A stretch of DNA of 50,020 nt from Chiloscyllium plagiosum (GCF_004010195.1 NC_057752.1:2455334-2505353), one strand, 5' to 3'. Counted from the stretch's first letter, positions 36,610-48,105 are shown. Notes: generated by a model not told the origin, from the letters alone. Translations and numbers: made by a program.

Positions 36610-36814
36610 TTTCGTTTCTTTTTCTTCCCCCTTACCCTCACTACAGCCTAACTGTGGTAGTGCTTATTTTTTCCAGCACCCATATGTGTGTGCAGGTGTG
36701 AGACACGGTGAAAGACACAAGGTGTACATATCTTTATTCAATTTCCACCACCAGGAAGAAAGGAAACACCCAAGTGGCCAGTGACAAGCAGTGCCCTTCT
36801 CAGAGGGCATTACC
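36610..36814 (-). mobile_element. Poly(A)-type non-LTR retroelement 3' end (Tx1/L1-like) inserted in the LTR
   Basis: Poly-T left end. TSD ctcct(t/g)ttt at 36601-36609 and 36815-36823. Confidence 0.65.
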
Positions 36815-36889
36815 CTCCTGTTTATATTTGTCAGCTAGATTAACAGCCCCAAATCAGAGAACTCATATTCCATGAGATCCACCTGTCTG

Positions 36890-37227
36890 ACCTCAATAAA
36901 GGTCATGTACGTTGTATCAGAAAAAAAAGATTCAATGGCTGAAATCTCTGAAAGGATGTGAATTACGAATCTTCAATCCAGCGCTGAGGCAGTCACGTGG
37001 AACCTTACACTCTCTCTGATCTTACACACGTCTCTTTTTCTGAACTTTTTAAATCTGATTTCCATCTCTGTCCATTAATCCCTGTCATATGTTGCAGATA
37101 CAGAGTTCTTATGGCATGGTGGTAGTGACTCTACCTCTCATTAAGGAGGCTGGTTGATGAAAGGAAACTCATCTACCTTGAGGTAAATATCCTCACATGA
37201 ATTAGGAGCACGGAGAGACTTTTCAGC
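36890..37227 (+). repeat. Inserted copy of 33114-33492 with an internal deletion of about 45 bp
   Basis: Direct sequence identity by eye. Confidence 0.95.
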
Positions 37228-37489
37228 CCCTCGAGTCAATCACTACAGTATCTCTCCAGGGTGTCCCCCCCCCCCCCCCCACCGTCTGATCTCTGTCATC
37301 TTCTACAGCCGAAAACCATCCAATATATCTGTGATCCTAATTCTGACCTCTTGAGTATTCTCGATTTTAATCGCTCCACCATTAGTGGCTGTGTGTTCAA
37401 TCTCTAAATTCCCTCTCAATACCTCTTTGTCTCCTCCTTTAAAGGTGCTCCTTGACCAGATTTTATCTCACCCGTCTTTGTTCTTAATT

Positions 37490-37840
37490 CAGTTACAGGA
37501 GGGTGGCGCTGGCTAGGCCAGTGTTTACTGCCCATCCCAAATTGTCCAGAGGGCAGTTAAGAGTCAACCACTTTGCTATGGATTTGGAGTGACATGTAGG
37601 CTAGACCAGATAAGGATGGCAGTTTCCTTCCCTAAAGGATATTAGTGAATGAGATGGGTTTTTTTTCTGACAATTGACAATGGATTCATTGTAATCATTA
37701 GATTCTTAATTCCAGATATTTACTGAATTCAAATTCCACCATCTGCCATGGCGGGATTCAAACCTGGGGTCCCCAGAACATTATCTGGATCCCTGGATTA
37801 ACAGTCCAGCGATAATACTACAAGGTCATTGCCTCTCCCC
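37490..37840 (-). mobile_element. SINE of the 31505-31860 family, inserted in an old L2 tail
   Basis: Reverse complement: gaattcaaattccaccatctgccatggcgggattcaaacctggg. Confidence 0.85.
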
Positions 37841-38681
37841 ATGCCTCTTCACACATGCTCTGCCAAATTACATCAGATAAAGTTCCTTGTTCAAGGTGCT
37901 ATACCATTGCACGTAGATGTTTCATTTTTACAGGTAAGGCGTGATAAATTGTAGCTTGGCATCATCAAAGCTTTGGATTTGCTGGCACCATACTGTGTTG
38001 TCGATTTGGCAGAGCAGTGAGGCTGGTGTCTATTTTGTTGAGGTGTTCCCAAGCTGTGTGTATCTCTTGTACAAAGGATTCATCTCGTGCCTCCGGGAAA
38101 TCTGGTTCCATTAACTCCTAATAAACACATGGCAACTGTGCCAAGAAATTGAACACCAAGATCAGGCTTTCTGTGGCTTGAATTCAAGCCTGAACCACTT
38201 GGCAATGTTTTGTCCCATGCATAATTTATCAATCGGGAACTCAATCGGAACAAAATCACTGACTTAAACTTACAAAGTGATTATTCTCTGCTACTCCCAC
38301 ACAGGACGCAGGTAAAGGCTCATTATCCTGCTTTTTCTCCCTTCATGTGAATGCTGCATTGCTCATTTTACCTCTAATCACTCATTGTGCCCCTTCCTTG
38401 CTTTATCTGTAGACCTCCAAACAAGACGAATCCCCCACTCTCATCCTTCCTTGCCATCCTGCCTACCTCCATGAACCAATAACTCTCAAACTTCATGCTG
38501 TCTGACCAGTGCTGCAAAATTTACCTAAGTTCAGCTCCAACTCACGGTGATGTTATCGCTGCTCTGTGGTTTGGTCTGTCTATTCTGATAAAGCCTTCAG
38601 TTGATTAGTCCTCACAGCTGACAGCCTTACATTGTCCTGTCTCCACTCTGAGTGTGCTGCCTTACCTGACAGAGACTATTG

Positions 38682-38824
38682 AAAACGCTGGAGATCACAG
38701 CGGGTCAGACAGCATCCATGGAGAGAAAGCAAGCTAACTTTTCAAGTCTACATGACACTTCACCAGAGCTGAAGTTGTTTTCAGTACAGATTCCAGCATT
38801 TGCAGTAACTTGCTCCTTCTGAGG
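38682..38824. mobile_element. Degraded PLE-derived element with 10-bp TSD
   Basis: gagactattg at 38672-38681 and 38825-38834. Decayed hammerhead on the minus strand (ctggtgaagtgtc..gacttgaaaa). Confidence 0.65.
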
Positions 38825-39956
38825 GAGACTATTGTCTGACTCTCAGGAGATCCAACAAACCCAATTATACATTAAGTAATCTATGTAATACCATGCTCAT
38901 ATGTTGTCATTACATACATCACTGTAATGGAACCACCAGCAGTAGGTGGCGTTGGTTAGGGAGGTCACTGAAGTAGGTGAGCTCAATCACACATGGGCTC
39001 TCTATGCAGGAAAAGGTGTCTGTCTGACAGACAGGCAGGATCCCTCAACAATGATGTTGATTACAAGCTTAGTACATTGTAAATACACCGTTTTCCCAGT
39101 TTTAACATTACTTACTCTTAATGCTTAGAAAAGACCTGACACCAGTGGAGTAAAGAATCCCTATTCATGATTTTTGGACCATCTATGTGTCTAAAACTCA
39201 TCATGTTATTAACAGATACAGTTTCACACTCCGGTCTGGCTCCAGCCGTTGTCTGTAGCTGTTCAGTAGAGATAGTGTGAAGAGAGACAAAAAGAAAAAG
39301 ATGAAGCCATCTTATGATGTATTTTTCATGGTTTGAATGAACATTACAATTGTCCTCTCTGCAAGCATTGCAGAAATTTGAGGAACCCCGTTGCCCTTTA
39401 ATGTGGATTTGAGCAAATGTTGACCAGGAGGACAGGAAGAAGCTCCTACTAATCATATCTTAGACCTTTGTGACACTGTTGTGATATTGCTGTACTCCAT
39501 GTTGGTGCTACACTATTTAGCAACAGGATAAGACACTACTTTCTCTTTATTGGTTCTCAGGATGAGAGCACCATTGGCAATACCTTGTTTATAGACTGCT
39601 CCATTCCAAATATGCGTTGCGAAAGGTGGGGAGCTTCTGACATCAGATAGAGCTGAACCCTGCAGCAGTGAAGGCACAGGATTATGTCACCGAATCAGGG
39701 AATGGTTACAGCACAGGCTATTCAGCCTGTCACATCTGTGCTGGCTGTCTGAAGGATCAATTCATACCTACCTTCACCCTAAAGCCCAGCACAGTCTTCC
39801 TGCTCAGATAAAGATCCAATGTCCTCCAGCAAAGCCTCCAGTTGAACTTAGCTCTCCCACTCTCTCAAGCAGTACATTCCAAATCCTAACTGCTCGCTGT
39901 GGAAATGCCTTTCCCCCCATGACACTTGCCTCTTTTGCTAATCAATTTAAATCTGT

Positions 39957-40168
39957 TCTGGATGTAGGTTTGCTCGCTGAACTGGAAGGTTCGTTTTCAG
40001 ACGTTTCGTCACTATACTGGGTAACATCTTCAGTGAGCCTCTGGACGGAGGCTCACTGAAGATGTTACCTAGTATGGTGACGAAACATCTGAAAATGAAC
40101 CTTCCAGCTCAATGAGCAAAACTACATCCAGAACCTCAAAGTGAGCTACAAATCTTCTCAAAACTCAT
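39957..40168 (+). mobile_element. PLE-derived hairpin element (about 85-bp arms, 6-nt loop, unpaired tail) with 11-bp TSD
   Basis: TSD tttaaatctgt at 39946-39956 and 40169-40179. Related to 13916-14050. Confidence 0.92.
39996..40037 (-). ncRNA. Minimal hammerhead ribozyme, intact; mirror copy on + at 40052-40093
   Basis: Minus strand: tca CTGAAGA t gttac ccagtata gtgac GAAA cGTC tga; helix I pairs TCA/TGA. Confidence 0.78.
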
Positions 40169-40764
40169 TTTAAATCTGTGTCCTGCTGGCTCTCAATCTT
40201 TCCATCAATGGGAACAGTTTCTCTCTGTGTTCAGACCCCTCATGATTTTGAACACCTCAATCAATTCTCCTTTCAGACTTTCTCTTCTCCAAGGTGAACA
40301 GTCCGAACGTCTCCAATCTATCCACGTCATTGAAGTTCCTCACCCCGGGCCCATTCTCATTAATCTTTTCTGCACTTTTTTCTCATACTTTCACATCCTT
40401 CCTACAGTGGCAAGCCCAGAACTGGACACAATACTCCAGTTGAGGCCAATCTGTATTTACTACATAACTCCCTTGCTTTTGGACTCCAGACCCTATTGAT
40501 AAAGCTCAGGATGCTCGATACTTTATTAATGGCTCTCTCAACTTGCCATGTCACCTTCAATGATTTTATCCAACTACGGGCCTCTGCTGCTCCATCTCCT
40601 TTTGAGTTGTTCCCTTTGTTTGATATTGTTGACTGGCCTGAAGCAGTCCAGTAAATCCTTAGGACTTTGCCTGTTTTTCAGTTTATCGTAGATCATGAGA
40701 AGTAAGAATGCTGTTCCCGTTCTTCGTGCCTTCATGCTCTGAACCCAGGCAACTTAACATGAGG

Positions 40765-40975
40765 CCACTTCCCCAAACCCAGGATGTTCAAAGAATTCTC
40801 GGGCCTCCCTCTGGTGCCTCTACCATGAACTCCTGTTACGGAGTCGCTCAGGCCTAAGACTCTTAGCTTCGCAATGGAGGACATGTGTGCCTTATGACTT
40901 ATGGAGATACACTCAAGTCTTTGCTTCACTCCACCTCCAAACCCCCCTGGATAATTCCTGAGCTGGTGGTGTAAT
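40765..40975. repeat. Unclassified diverged direct repeat, copy 1 (copy 2 at 41805-42010)
   Basis: Shared cccaaacccagg..gggcctccctctggt..ctaccatgaactcctgttacggagt..ttatgactt..ctttgcttcac. Confidence 0.85.
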
Positions 40976-41804
40976 GGTGACAACAGCCCTTGGGACTCTG
41001 ATTGGATATGACCTTTAACCCCCCCCCCCCTCCTGAACGGCCTGGAACAGGCTGACTGGTTTACTTTGTCATTTGAAGGAAAATGTGGCCCTGAAGCAGA
41101 ATTATTAAATGGTAACACCTCACAGGATGACTCCAAGAAGTTGTTCCAAAACAAGATAGAAAGGAATTATCAGCAGAGACAGGTGAGTGTACAGATAATT
41201 TTGAAGATTAAATCTGACCTGTTTTCTTTGCTGAGACAACAGGGTTTTATACAATGGTACTGCACAGCAAAAGGTTTGGAGCATCAGCATTCCATGCTCA
41301 GATCAAAGTTATGTTTGGATCCCAACCTGTTTATGTGAACTCAACTGAACCACCTGTTCAATCCAATTCAAATATTATTGACATTTTCACTGGTGAAAAT
41401 ATGAGCTGTGTTGACATCATTTGCTGATTCAAAAGTGAATCAGACAAAAAAAAAGAAAAACAGATATAAAAGTTGATCTTGATTTTAAACACCCACACCT
41501 TTCGCTCCTTTAACAGGCAGGAAAGGGTCAGATGTGGATTTGAAATCCTAAGAATCAAATCTAACCTCCAACCTGGATTCCCCTTGGCCATTCCAGCCAG
41601 AAACATGCTAGCAGCTCCTTGACATTCAACTGTTGCAGCTGTATTATGCCATTGATACTGTAACATAATCTTCTCATCGAGGTAGGAGGTGCCCCAATAA
41701 CCTGACACGAGGACACCTCCACAGGATTGGGTCAGGAAAGCTTCTCAAGTTTGTTTTTGACATTCCTAGTTGGCCACAAGAAGCAGGATTGCTCCATCCC
41801 CACC

Positions 41805-42010
41805 AGCCCCCAAACCCAGGCCACTCAAAGAGTTCTTGGGCCTCCCTCTGGTATCTACCATGAACTCCTGTTACGGAGTAGCGCAGGCCGAGCCCCCCAT
41901 TGCGAAGCCAGGGGTTTATGCGGACCTTATGACTTCTGGAGGTGCACCCAAATCTTTGCTTCACCTCCCCACGTCCCCAAATGGACAATTCCTGACCTGG
42001 TGATGTCATG
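41805..42010. repeat. Unclassified diverged direct repeat, copy 2
   Basis: See copy 1. Confidence 0.85.
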
Positions 42011-42049
42011 AATGTCCTAGAGCTCTTTACAACTAATCAATTAAGACCA

Positions 42050-42900
42050 AAAGGCATAGAAGCAGAAGTAGGCCATTCAGCCCATGGAGTGTGCTCCACC
42101 ATTCAATGAAGTCATGGTTGATCTGATAATCCTCAACTCCACTTTCTTGCCTTTTCACCACATACCCTTGATTCCCTTCCTGATTAAAAAAAAACTATCT
42201 GTCTCCGCCTTCTATATACTTAGTGAGCCAACCTTGACAGCCCTCTGTGGGAAAGAACTCCACAGATTCACTCCCCTCTGGGAGAAGACATTCATTCTCA
42301 TCCCTGCCTCCTTATCCTGAGATGATGCCCTTTGATCCTCCACAAGGGGAAACTACCTCTCCATATCTCCCCTGTCAAGTCCCCTAAGAACCTTGTATGT
42401 TTCAATAAGGTCATCTCTCATTCTTCTAAACTGTAAGGAGTACAGGCCCAACCTACTCAACCTCTCCTCATAAGACAGTCCCTCCATACATGGTACCAGC
42501 CAAGTGAACCTTCTCTGGACTGCCTCCAATGCCAGTCTTTCTTTCCTGAGAAAAAGTCGCCCAAAACCGTTCACAGTATTCCAGCTGTGGGATGTGCAGG
42601 CTAGGTTGACTAGCCATGGGAAATGCAGGGTTACAAGGGGCTGGGTCTGGGTTGGATACTCTTTGGAGGGTCAATGTGGACTTGATGGGCTGAATGGTCT
42701 GCTTCCACATTCTATGAACAATCTCTCAGTATCGACCCTGCCAAGACCCTTCATAATCATGTCTGTTCCAGTGAGATTCCCTCTCATTCTTCTAAATGCC
42801 AAAGAATATCACCCCAATTTACTCAGCCTCTGATCCCAAGGATAACCCTCTCGTCCCAGGGACCAGTCTCCTGACCCTCCGTTGTATTCCATCCCATGCA
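42050..42900 (-). mobile_element. CR1 LINE fragments with an HE1 3' piece (+, 42588-42714)
   Basis: LEAVQRRFTWLVP..LSYEERLSRLGLYSLQFRRMRDDLIETYKVL. Confidence 0.88.
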
Positions 42901-43796
42901 ACGGTCGTCTCAAAGCCTGGCACAAAGACAGGGCGAAGGTGAGGCCTACTCATTGTGTAAGCAACTGAGCTGGTTAGGCAATTTCTCATGGCTGAAATGG
43001 AGCCTCCTTACTGAAGGCCAGTTGGTGGGAAGGGATTAGTGCATCGGGCATTTACAACTGATTCAGCTGATGTCTGCAAAACACGGCGGAGCTAAAAATG
43101 ACCGATTATTCGAGCAGTTGTTTAATACAGAGACAAATTTGATTTTAACTGGTGCACTGAACAACTTAAGTGAAGCCAGCTGAATCAACAATTTGCAGAA
43201 ACTTCCTCTGTTCTGATTAATGGAAGGCAGTGATAAGACACACACACACACATTCCTATTACACACTGTACAATTCTAGCTGAAATCACATTTTTCCAAC
43301 CTAACTGCTCCCCTCAACATCAGCTGCATTGTTTTTTTTCTCTCTCCCTTGTATTGGGCACTGTGTCACACTCCACCACATTCCTATGGTTATTCCAGTT
43401 GCAGTTTCCAGAAGCCAGGGAGAACATTGCACCCTCCGCTAAAAACTCTGGGAGTTAACCCCCCCTCTCCCCAGTGTTCTAAAGGGGGGTGATTCCCTTG
43501 GAAGGGTCTTGCAAATGTGAGAGACTCGTCATCCAAGAGAGAAAATGACTCAAACTGCGCTCATGTGAGCAGACATGATTACGACCATACAGATTCAGAG
43601 TGCAAGTAGATTCCTCAAGCCTGCTCCTCTATTTCATCTGGTCTTTGCTGATCTATTTGTACTCTCAACCCCACTTTGCTACTTACTCCCAATGCCTATG
43701 GACTCCCTTGTTAGTCAGGAAGCTGTCTCCAGCGCTTCCATCAATTTCTGGGGAAGAGACCACCCAAGAGAAAATGGTCCTCCTCATTTCAGGCAT

Positions 43797-44180
43797 TGAG
43801 TCACAGAATAATACAGCATGGAGACAGGCCCTTCAGCCCAAACATGGTCCATGCTGACTATGGTGCCCACTCAGCTAGTTCCAATTGCCCACATTTAGTC
43901 CATATCCCTCTAAACCCTTTCCATCCATGTACCTGTCCAAATGCTTTTTAAGTGTTGCTATTGTACCTGCCTCAATCACTTCCTCGGGCAGCTCATTCCA
44001 TACACACACCACTCTGTGTGATAAAGTTGCTCCTCTCCCCTTAAACCTGTGCCCTCAAGTCCAAAATGGGAGAGGCCTTATTTTTAAAGGGTATCCCCTT
44101 GTTCTTGTCTCTCCCATAGGAAGAAACATCCTTTCGGCATCTAGCCGGGCAAGTCCTGTCACAACCTTTAGTGTCTCCAT
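43797..44180 (-). mobile_element. CR1 3' fragments
   Basis: acagcatggagacaggcccttcagccc..ccatatccctctaaaccc. Confidence 0.85.
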
Positions 44181-44199
44181 TACAACCACCTCATCGACA

Positions 44200-45580
44200 A
44201 TCCACTGGATCCAGTGGTGTCTTTGGGCATTTTAAGCAAACCTTTGACAAAGTACCACAGAGAGTGCTGATTAATAAAATGGAGGATCATAGAATTGGAC
44301 AGTTTGATAAAATAACTCGACTTAAGGACAGAAAACAGGATCATGGTAAAAGTTGTCTTTCAGACTGCCAGATGGGAGGCCCTGGTAGTTCCTAATGGTC
44401 AGTGCTAGGACACTTTTGTTTTCATTTAAAATTGACTTAGATATGAATTTTTTAAATGTTCCAATGATACCAACAACTTGAAAGTGTGCTAAACAATGAG
44501 GATGACTCAATTTGATTGCAACAGGTCAGGGGTAGACTATTAGAGTGGGCAGTTTAATACAGAGGGTGGCATGGTGGCTCAGTGGTTAGCACTGATGCCT
44601 CACAGCACCAGGGACCCAGGTTTGATTCCAGCCTTGGGTGACCATCTGTGTGGAGTTTGCACATTCTCCTCATGTCTGCTTGGGTTTCCTCCCACAGTCA
44701 CAAAGATGTGCAGGTTAGGTGAATCGGTTATACTAAATTGCCCATAGTGTTCAGGCATGTGTCGGTTAGATGCATTATGGGGTAAGTATAGGGTAGAAGA
44801 ATGGGTCTGGGTGGATTACTCTTCGGAAGGTCGGTGTGAACTTGTTAGGCCCAAGGCCAGTTTCCACACTGTAGGGATTCTATTCCAACAAAAAGGAACT
44901 ATGAGATGAAGCATTTTAGCAGAATGAATAGGGAGAGGTGATAGAAATTTAATGGCACAGCATATACAAGAGCAGAAGGACTTGCGATGGATATACATTG
45001 ATCTTTGAAGATGGCAGGACATATGAGAGAGTGGTTAGCAAAGCCGATGGGATCTTGGTTTCATAAATAGAGGCATTGAGTCTAAAAGCAGGGGAGTTAT
45101 TCTGAACCTACAGAAAACTCAGCTTAGGCCACAACTGGCATCCAGTGACTGTTGCCAGACTTCAGGGAGGATGTGAGTGCCAAAGAGAGTTCAGAGGGAT
45201 TGAGCAGAATGGTTTGAGGGATGAGGGATTTGAGCAACAAGTTTATGTGGGAGAAGCTGGGGTTAATTTGAAAGAAGTTGCAAGATTATGACAGGCTTAG
45301 ATAAGGGAGACAAAAAAAACTTCCAATTATCAGATTGTACAAGGATTCAGGCACACTGAGTTAAGATTTTAGGCAAGAGATCCAGGAAGGATGTGAGGGA
45401 AAGTTTTTTTTTTAAAAACACAGCGAGTGGTGATGAGTCTACAGAGAGGGTGGTGGAAGCAGGTGATGAATGATTTCAAAAGGAAATTAGATAAACACTT
45501 GAGGGAACTTAACTTGCAAGAATAGAGGAGGATGGGACTGACTGGTCTGTTGTGGAAGACAGCCGGAATGGAATAGTGTA
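44200..45580 (+). mobile_element. Old CR1 RT-to-3' fragment interrupted by HE1
   Basis: FKQTFDKVPQRVLINKM (DFxKAFDKVPH-like) and degraded downstream CR1 motifs. Confidence 0.75.
44564..44884 (+). mobile_element. HE1-type SINE
   Basis: gggtggcatggtggctcagtggttagcact...ccacactgtagggattctatt. Confidence 0.93.
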
Positions 45581-46179
45581 ACCCTTTGAGATTTTCTTTC
45601 CTTGAAAGGGATATTGGTTTACTGATGATTACAACACAGCTATGCCCTGAAGTAAATATGCTGAGTGAATCCTCCAGCCTGCAGAGTAGCAGGCACATAG
45701 TTTGGGAACTCAGATGCAGATATCTGATTCATAGAGTAGGCTTTATTTGTCAGACCCACAGACACCAGTTCTCAAATACTGAGCACACTCTCCAGGTCCT
45801 TCCCACTAGGTTGGCTGGTGATAAGCACAGAATGTGTGAATTCTCCAAATGTTGAGCTTAGAACCGTACTTGCCCCCTGTTTGCAGGTTGAGACTTGGCC
45901 ATGTTCAGTATATCTCTGCAGTTTGGTATGACTCAAAGAGTGGTGTCGAAAGGCAACTCATCCACCACCTTCTCAAGGGGCAACAAGGGATGGGCAATAA
46001 ATGCTGGGCCCAGCCAGCGATTCCCACATCCCATTTAACAAACCCAAAACTGTGGAAGGTAGGTGCTGTGTAAGGGTCTGAAAGGGTTAATCCTGAATGA
46101 GTTGCATAAGCATTGTCCTTTGCAAACAGCACTGGAGGGAACAGTAATTAAAGATTTCAAGACTCAGATGTAAGATTAG

Positions 46180-46590
46180 GTCATAGAATCAGACAGCATG
46201 GTCCAATCCCAGTCCATGCCGAACATAATCCCAAACTAAACTAGTCCCACCTGCCTGCTCCTTGCCCATATCCCTCCAAACCTTTCTTATTCATGTATCC
46301 ATCCAAATGTCTTTTAAATGTTGTAATTGTGCCCACATCCATCACTTGCTCAGGAAGTTCATTCCACATACGAACCATCCTCTGTGTAAAACATTAATGT
46401 CTTTTTTAAATCTCTCTCTTACCTTAAAAATGTTGTCCCTAGTCTTCAAACATCTTAGGGAAAAAAACACCTACCATCAAGTCTATTATTTTGCAAACTT
46501 CTGTGAGGTCACCTCTCAACCTCTACATTCCAGTGAAAAAGTCCCAACTTATCCAACCTTTCTTTCTAACTCAAACCTTCTATACCCATT
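46180..46590 (-). mobile_element. HER1/CR1 3' fragment
   Basis: Similar to 32565-33000. Confidence 0.88.
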
Positions 46591-47494
46591 GTTACAGTCT
46601 CTGCAGTAATGTATAGCCCACCCTTGTAACCTGGAAATAGTTGTAGAAACAGAATAAACAATATTGGATTTACTATAAAGAGACTCTTCTCGCCAGACCA
46701 GAAGTGGCTCTCCTCATTTTCACTAGGCCACAATTCTCAGTGTGGCGAGTGTTCTTGTTGAGCAATATTTGCCTATTTTTTTTTACTTTGCAGCACGCCC
46801 TTAAAAAAGGACATGGAAGTGTGTAATGGTAGAGACAGCAAGAAAAGCAGAATAAACCAAGAAAGAATCAAAACTGAAATCAGGTGGAGTGTGATGCAGT
46901 GCAGACGCCCCAACATACATTGCAGTTTCCCAGGGCCAGTAAATCCCAGCTGGTGATACTGGATCTTTCTGTCCAATGGTTACTGGTTCACAGTGAATCA
47001 CTACTCCTGTGGCTGGAACTGAAGATGAGGTAAAGCAGGGCCAGGAACAGGACCAGGTCATGTCTCCTTCAGGGTGGGAGTTACCTTGTAAGACCTCAGC
47101 TGGAGTCTCGGTACTACTGTGACACTAAGGTGTTGTTGTTAAATGTCTGGATTTCAACCAACCTGTTCGAAAATAAGGAACCGGGAGAGGCTACAAGCAA
47201 CCTTGCTTCCTCCTGGCTTGTAAACTTGCCTGTTTCCAATAAACCGCTCAGCCTGCAGTCTCTTGGCCTTGACAATCCGGCCCTCAAACCCTTGGAACCT
47301 CACTGGTACCTTCCATTTGCTGATGGTCCTATTGGAATTGAAAAGATGAAGAGATTTGGAAAGGGATGGCAATACTAGTCAACAATAATGGACAAATCCC
47401 CACATTGACCCTATCCCGAGAGCTATCTGCAAAATAGTGGCAACTTGGATTTAATCTGTGAATGACAGCTCACAATCTTGCACACCTGTGTAAC

Positions 47495-47740
47495 CATAGA
47501 AACGAGGAGCAGGAGTAGGCCATTCAGCCCTTCGAGACTGCTCCACTATTCAATAGGATCATGGCTAATCCCCTTTGTCAATGCCATATTTCTATTTTCT
47601 CCCCATACCCCTTGATGCCTTTAAAATCTAAACCTTTATCTCTCTTTCTTGAATATATTCAGGGAGTAGGCCTCCACAGCCTTCTGTGGGTGAGAATTCC
47701 ACAGGGGGATCAGCCTCTGAGTCCAGAAATGTTTTCTAAA
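47495..47740 (-). mobile_element. CR1 3' tip
   Basis: ccatagaaacgaggagcaggagtaggccattcagccc... Confidence 0.8.
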
Positions 47741-47995
47741 TCTCAGGGACAAATCACTTGGCTGTCTCTGCCTTCCACTCGCTTTCCGCCCCTACGTTAT
47801 TGATTTCTAGTGATTAGTTCACTTCCAATTTCCAACACCGGCAGTATTTTGCAATGGCATTACAGGTTCCTTCCTTCAATCCACCTGAGGATGTGCAGAG
47901 TGCCAAGCAAATGCCTTTCAATCGATTGCAGCCTTGATCAAGTCTTATTCTCATTGTGCCTCTCTCGCACGCTCTATCTCTTTCTCTCTCTTACA

Positions 47996-48105
47996 TGGAG
48001 AAAGTGAGGACCGCAAATGCTGGAGATTAGAGTCGAGAGTGTGGTGCTGGTCAGGCAGTATTCGAGGAGCAGTAGAATCGACATTTCAGGCATAAGCCCT
48101 TTGAC
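47996..48105 (-). mobile_element. Degraded PLE-derived element (family of 29847-29980)
   Basis: ggagaaagtgaggaccgcaaatgctggag...cgacatttcaggcataagccctt. Confidence 0.75.

Larger units (their letters stand above)
36490..37247 (-). mobile_element. Second copy of the 28500-29022 LTR, carrying two insertions
   Basis: Shared agagtgagcagaa..ctcctgttta..gattaacagcccc..ccacctg..gacct..aatcactaca. Confidence 0.8.
39690..40625 (-). mobile_element. CR1 LINE fragment interrupted by a hairpin element
   Basis: gacccctcatgattttgaacacctc..ccagaactggacacaatactccagttgaggcc. Confidence 0.85.

Noticed and set aside
46600..47280. Possible solo LTR (tgtaa...AATAAA...ttgaca)
   Set aside because: No TSD, second copy or definable left boundary.
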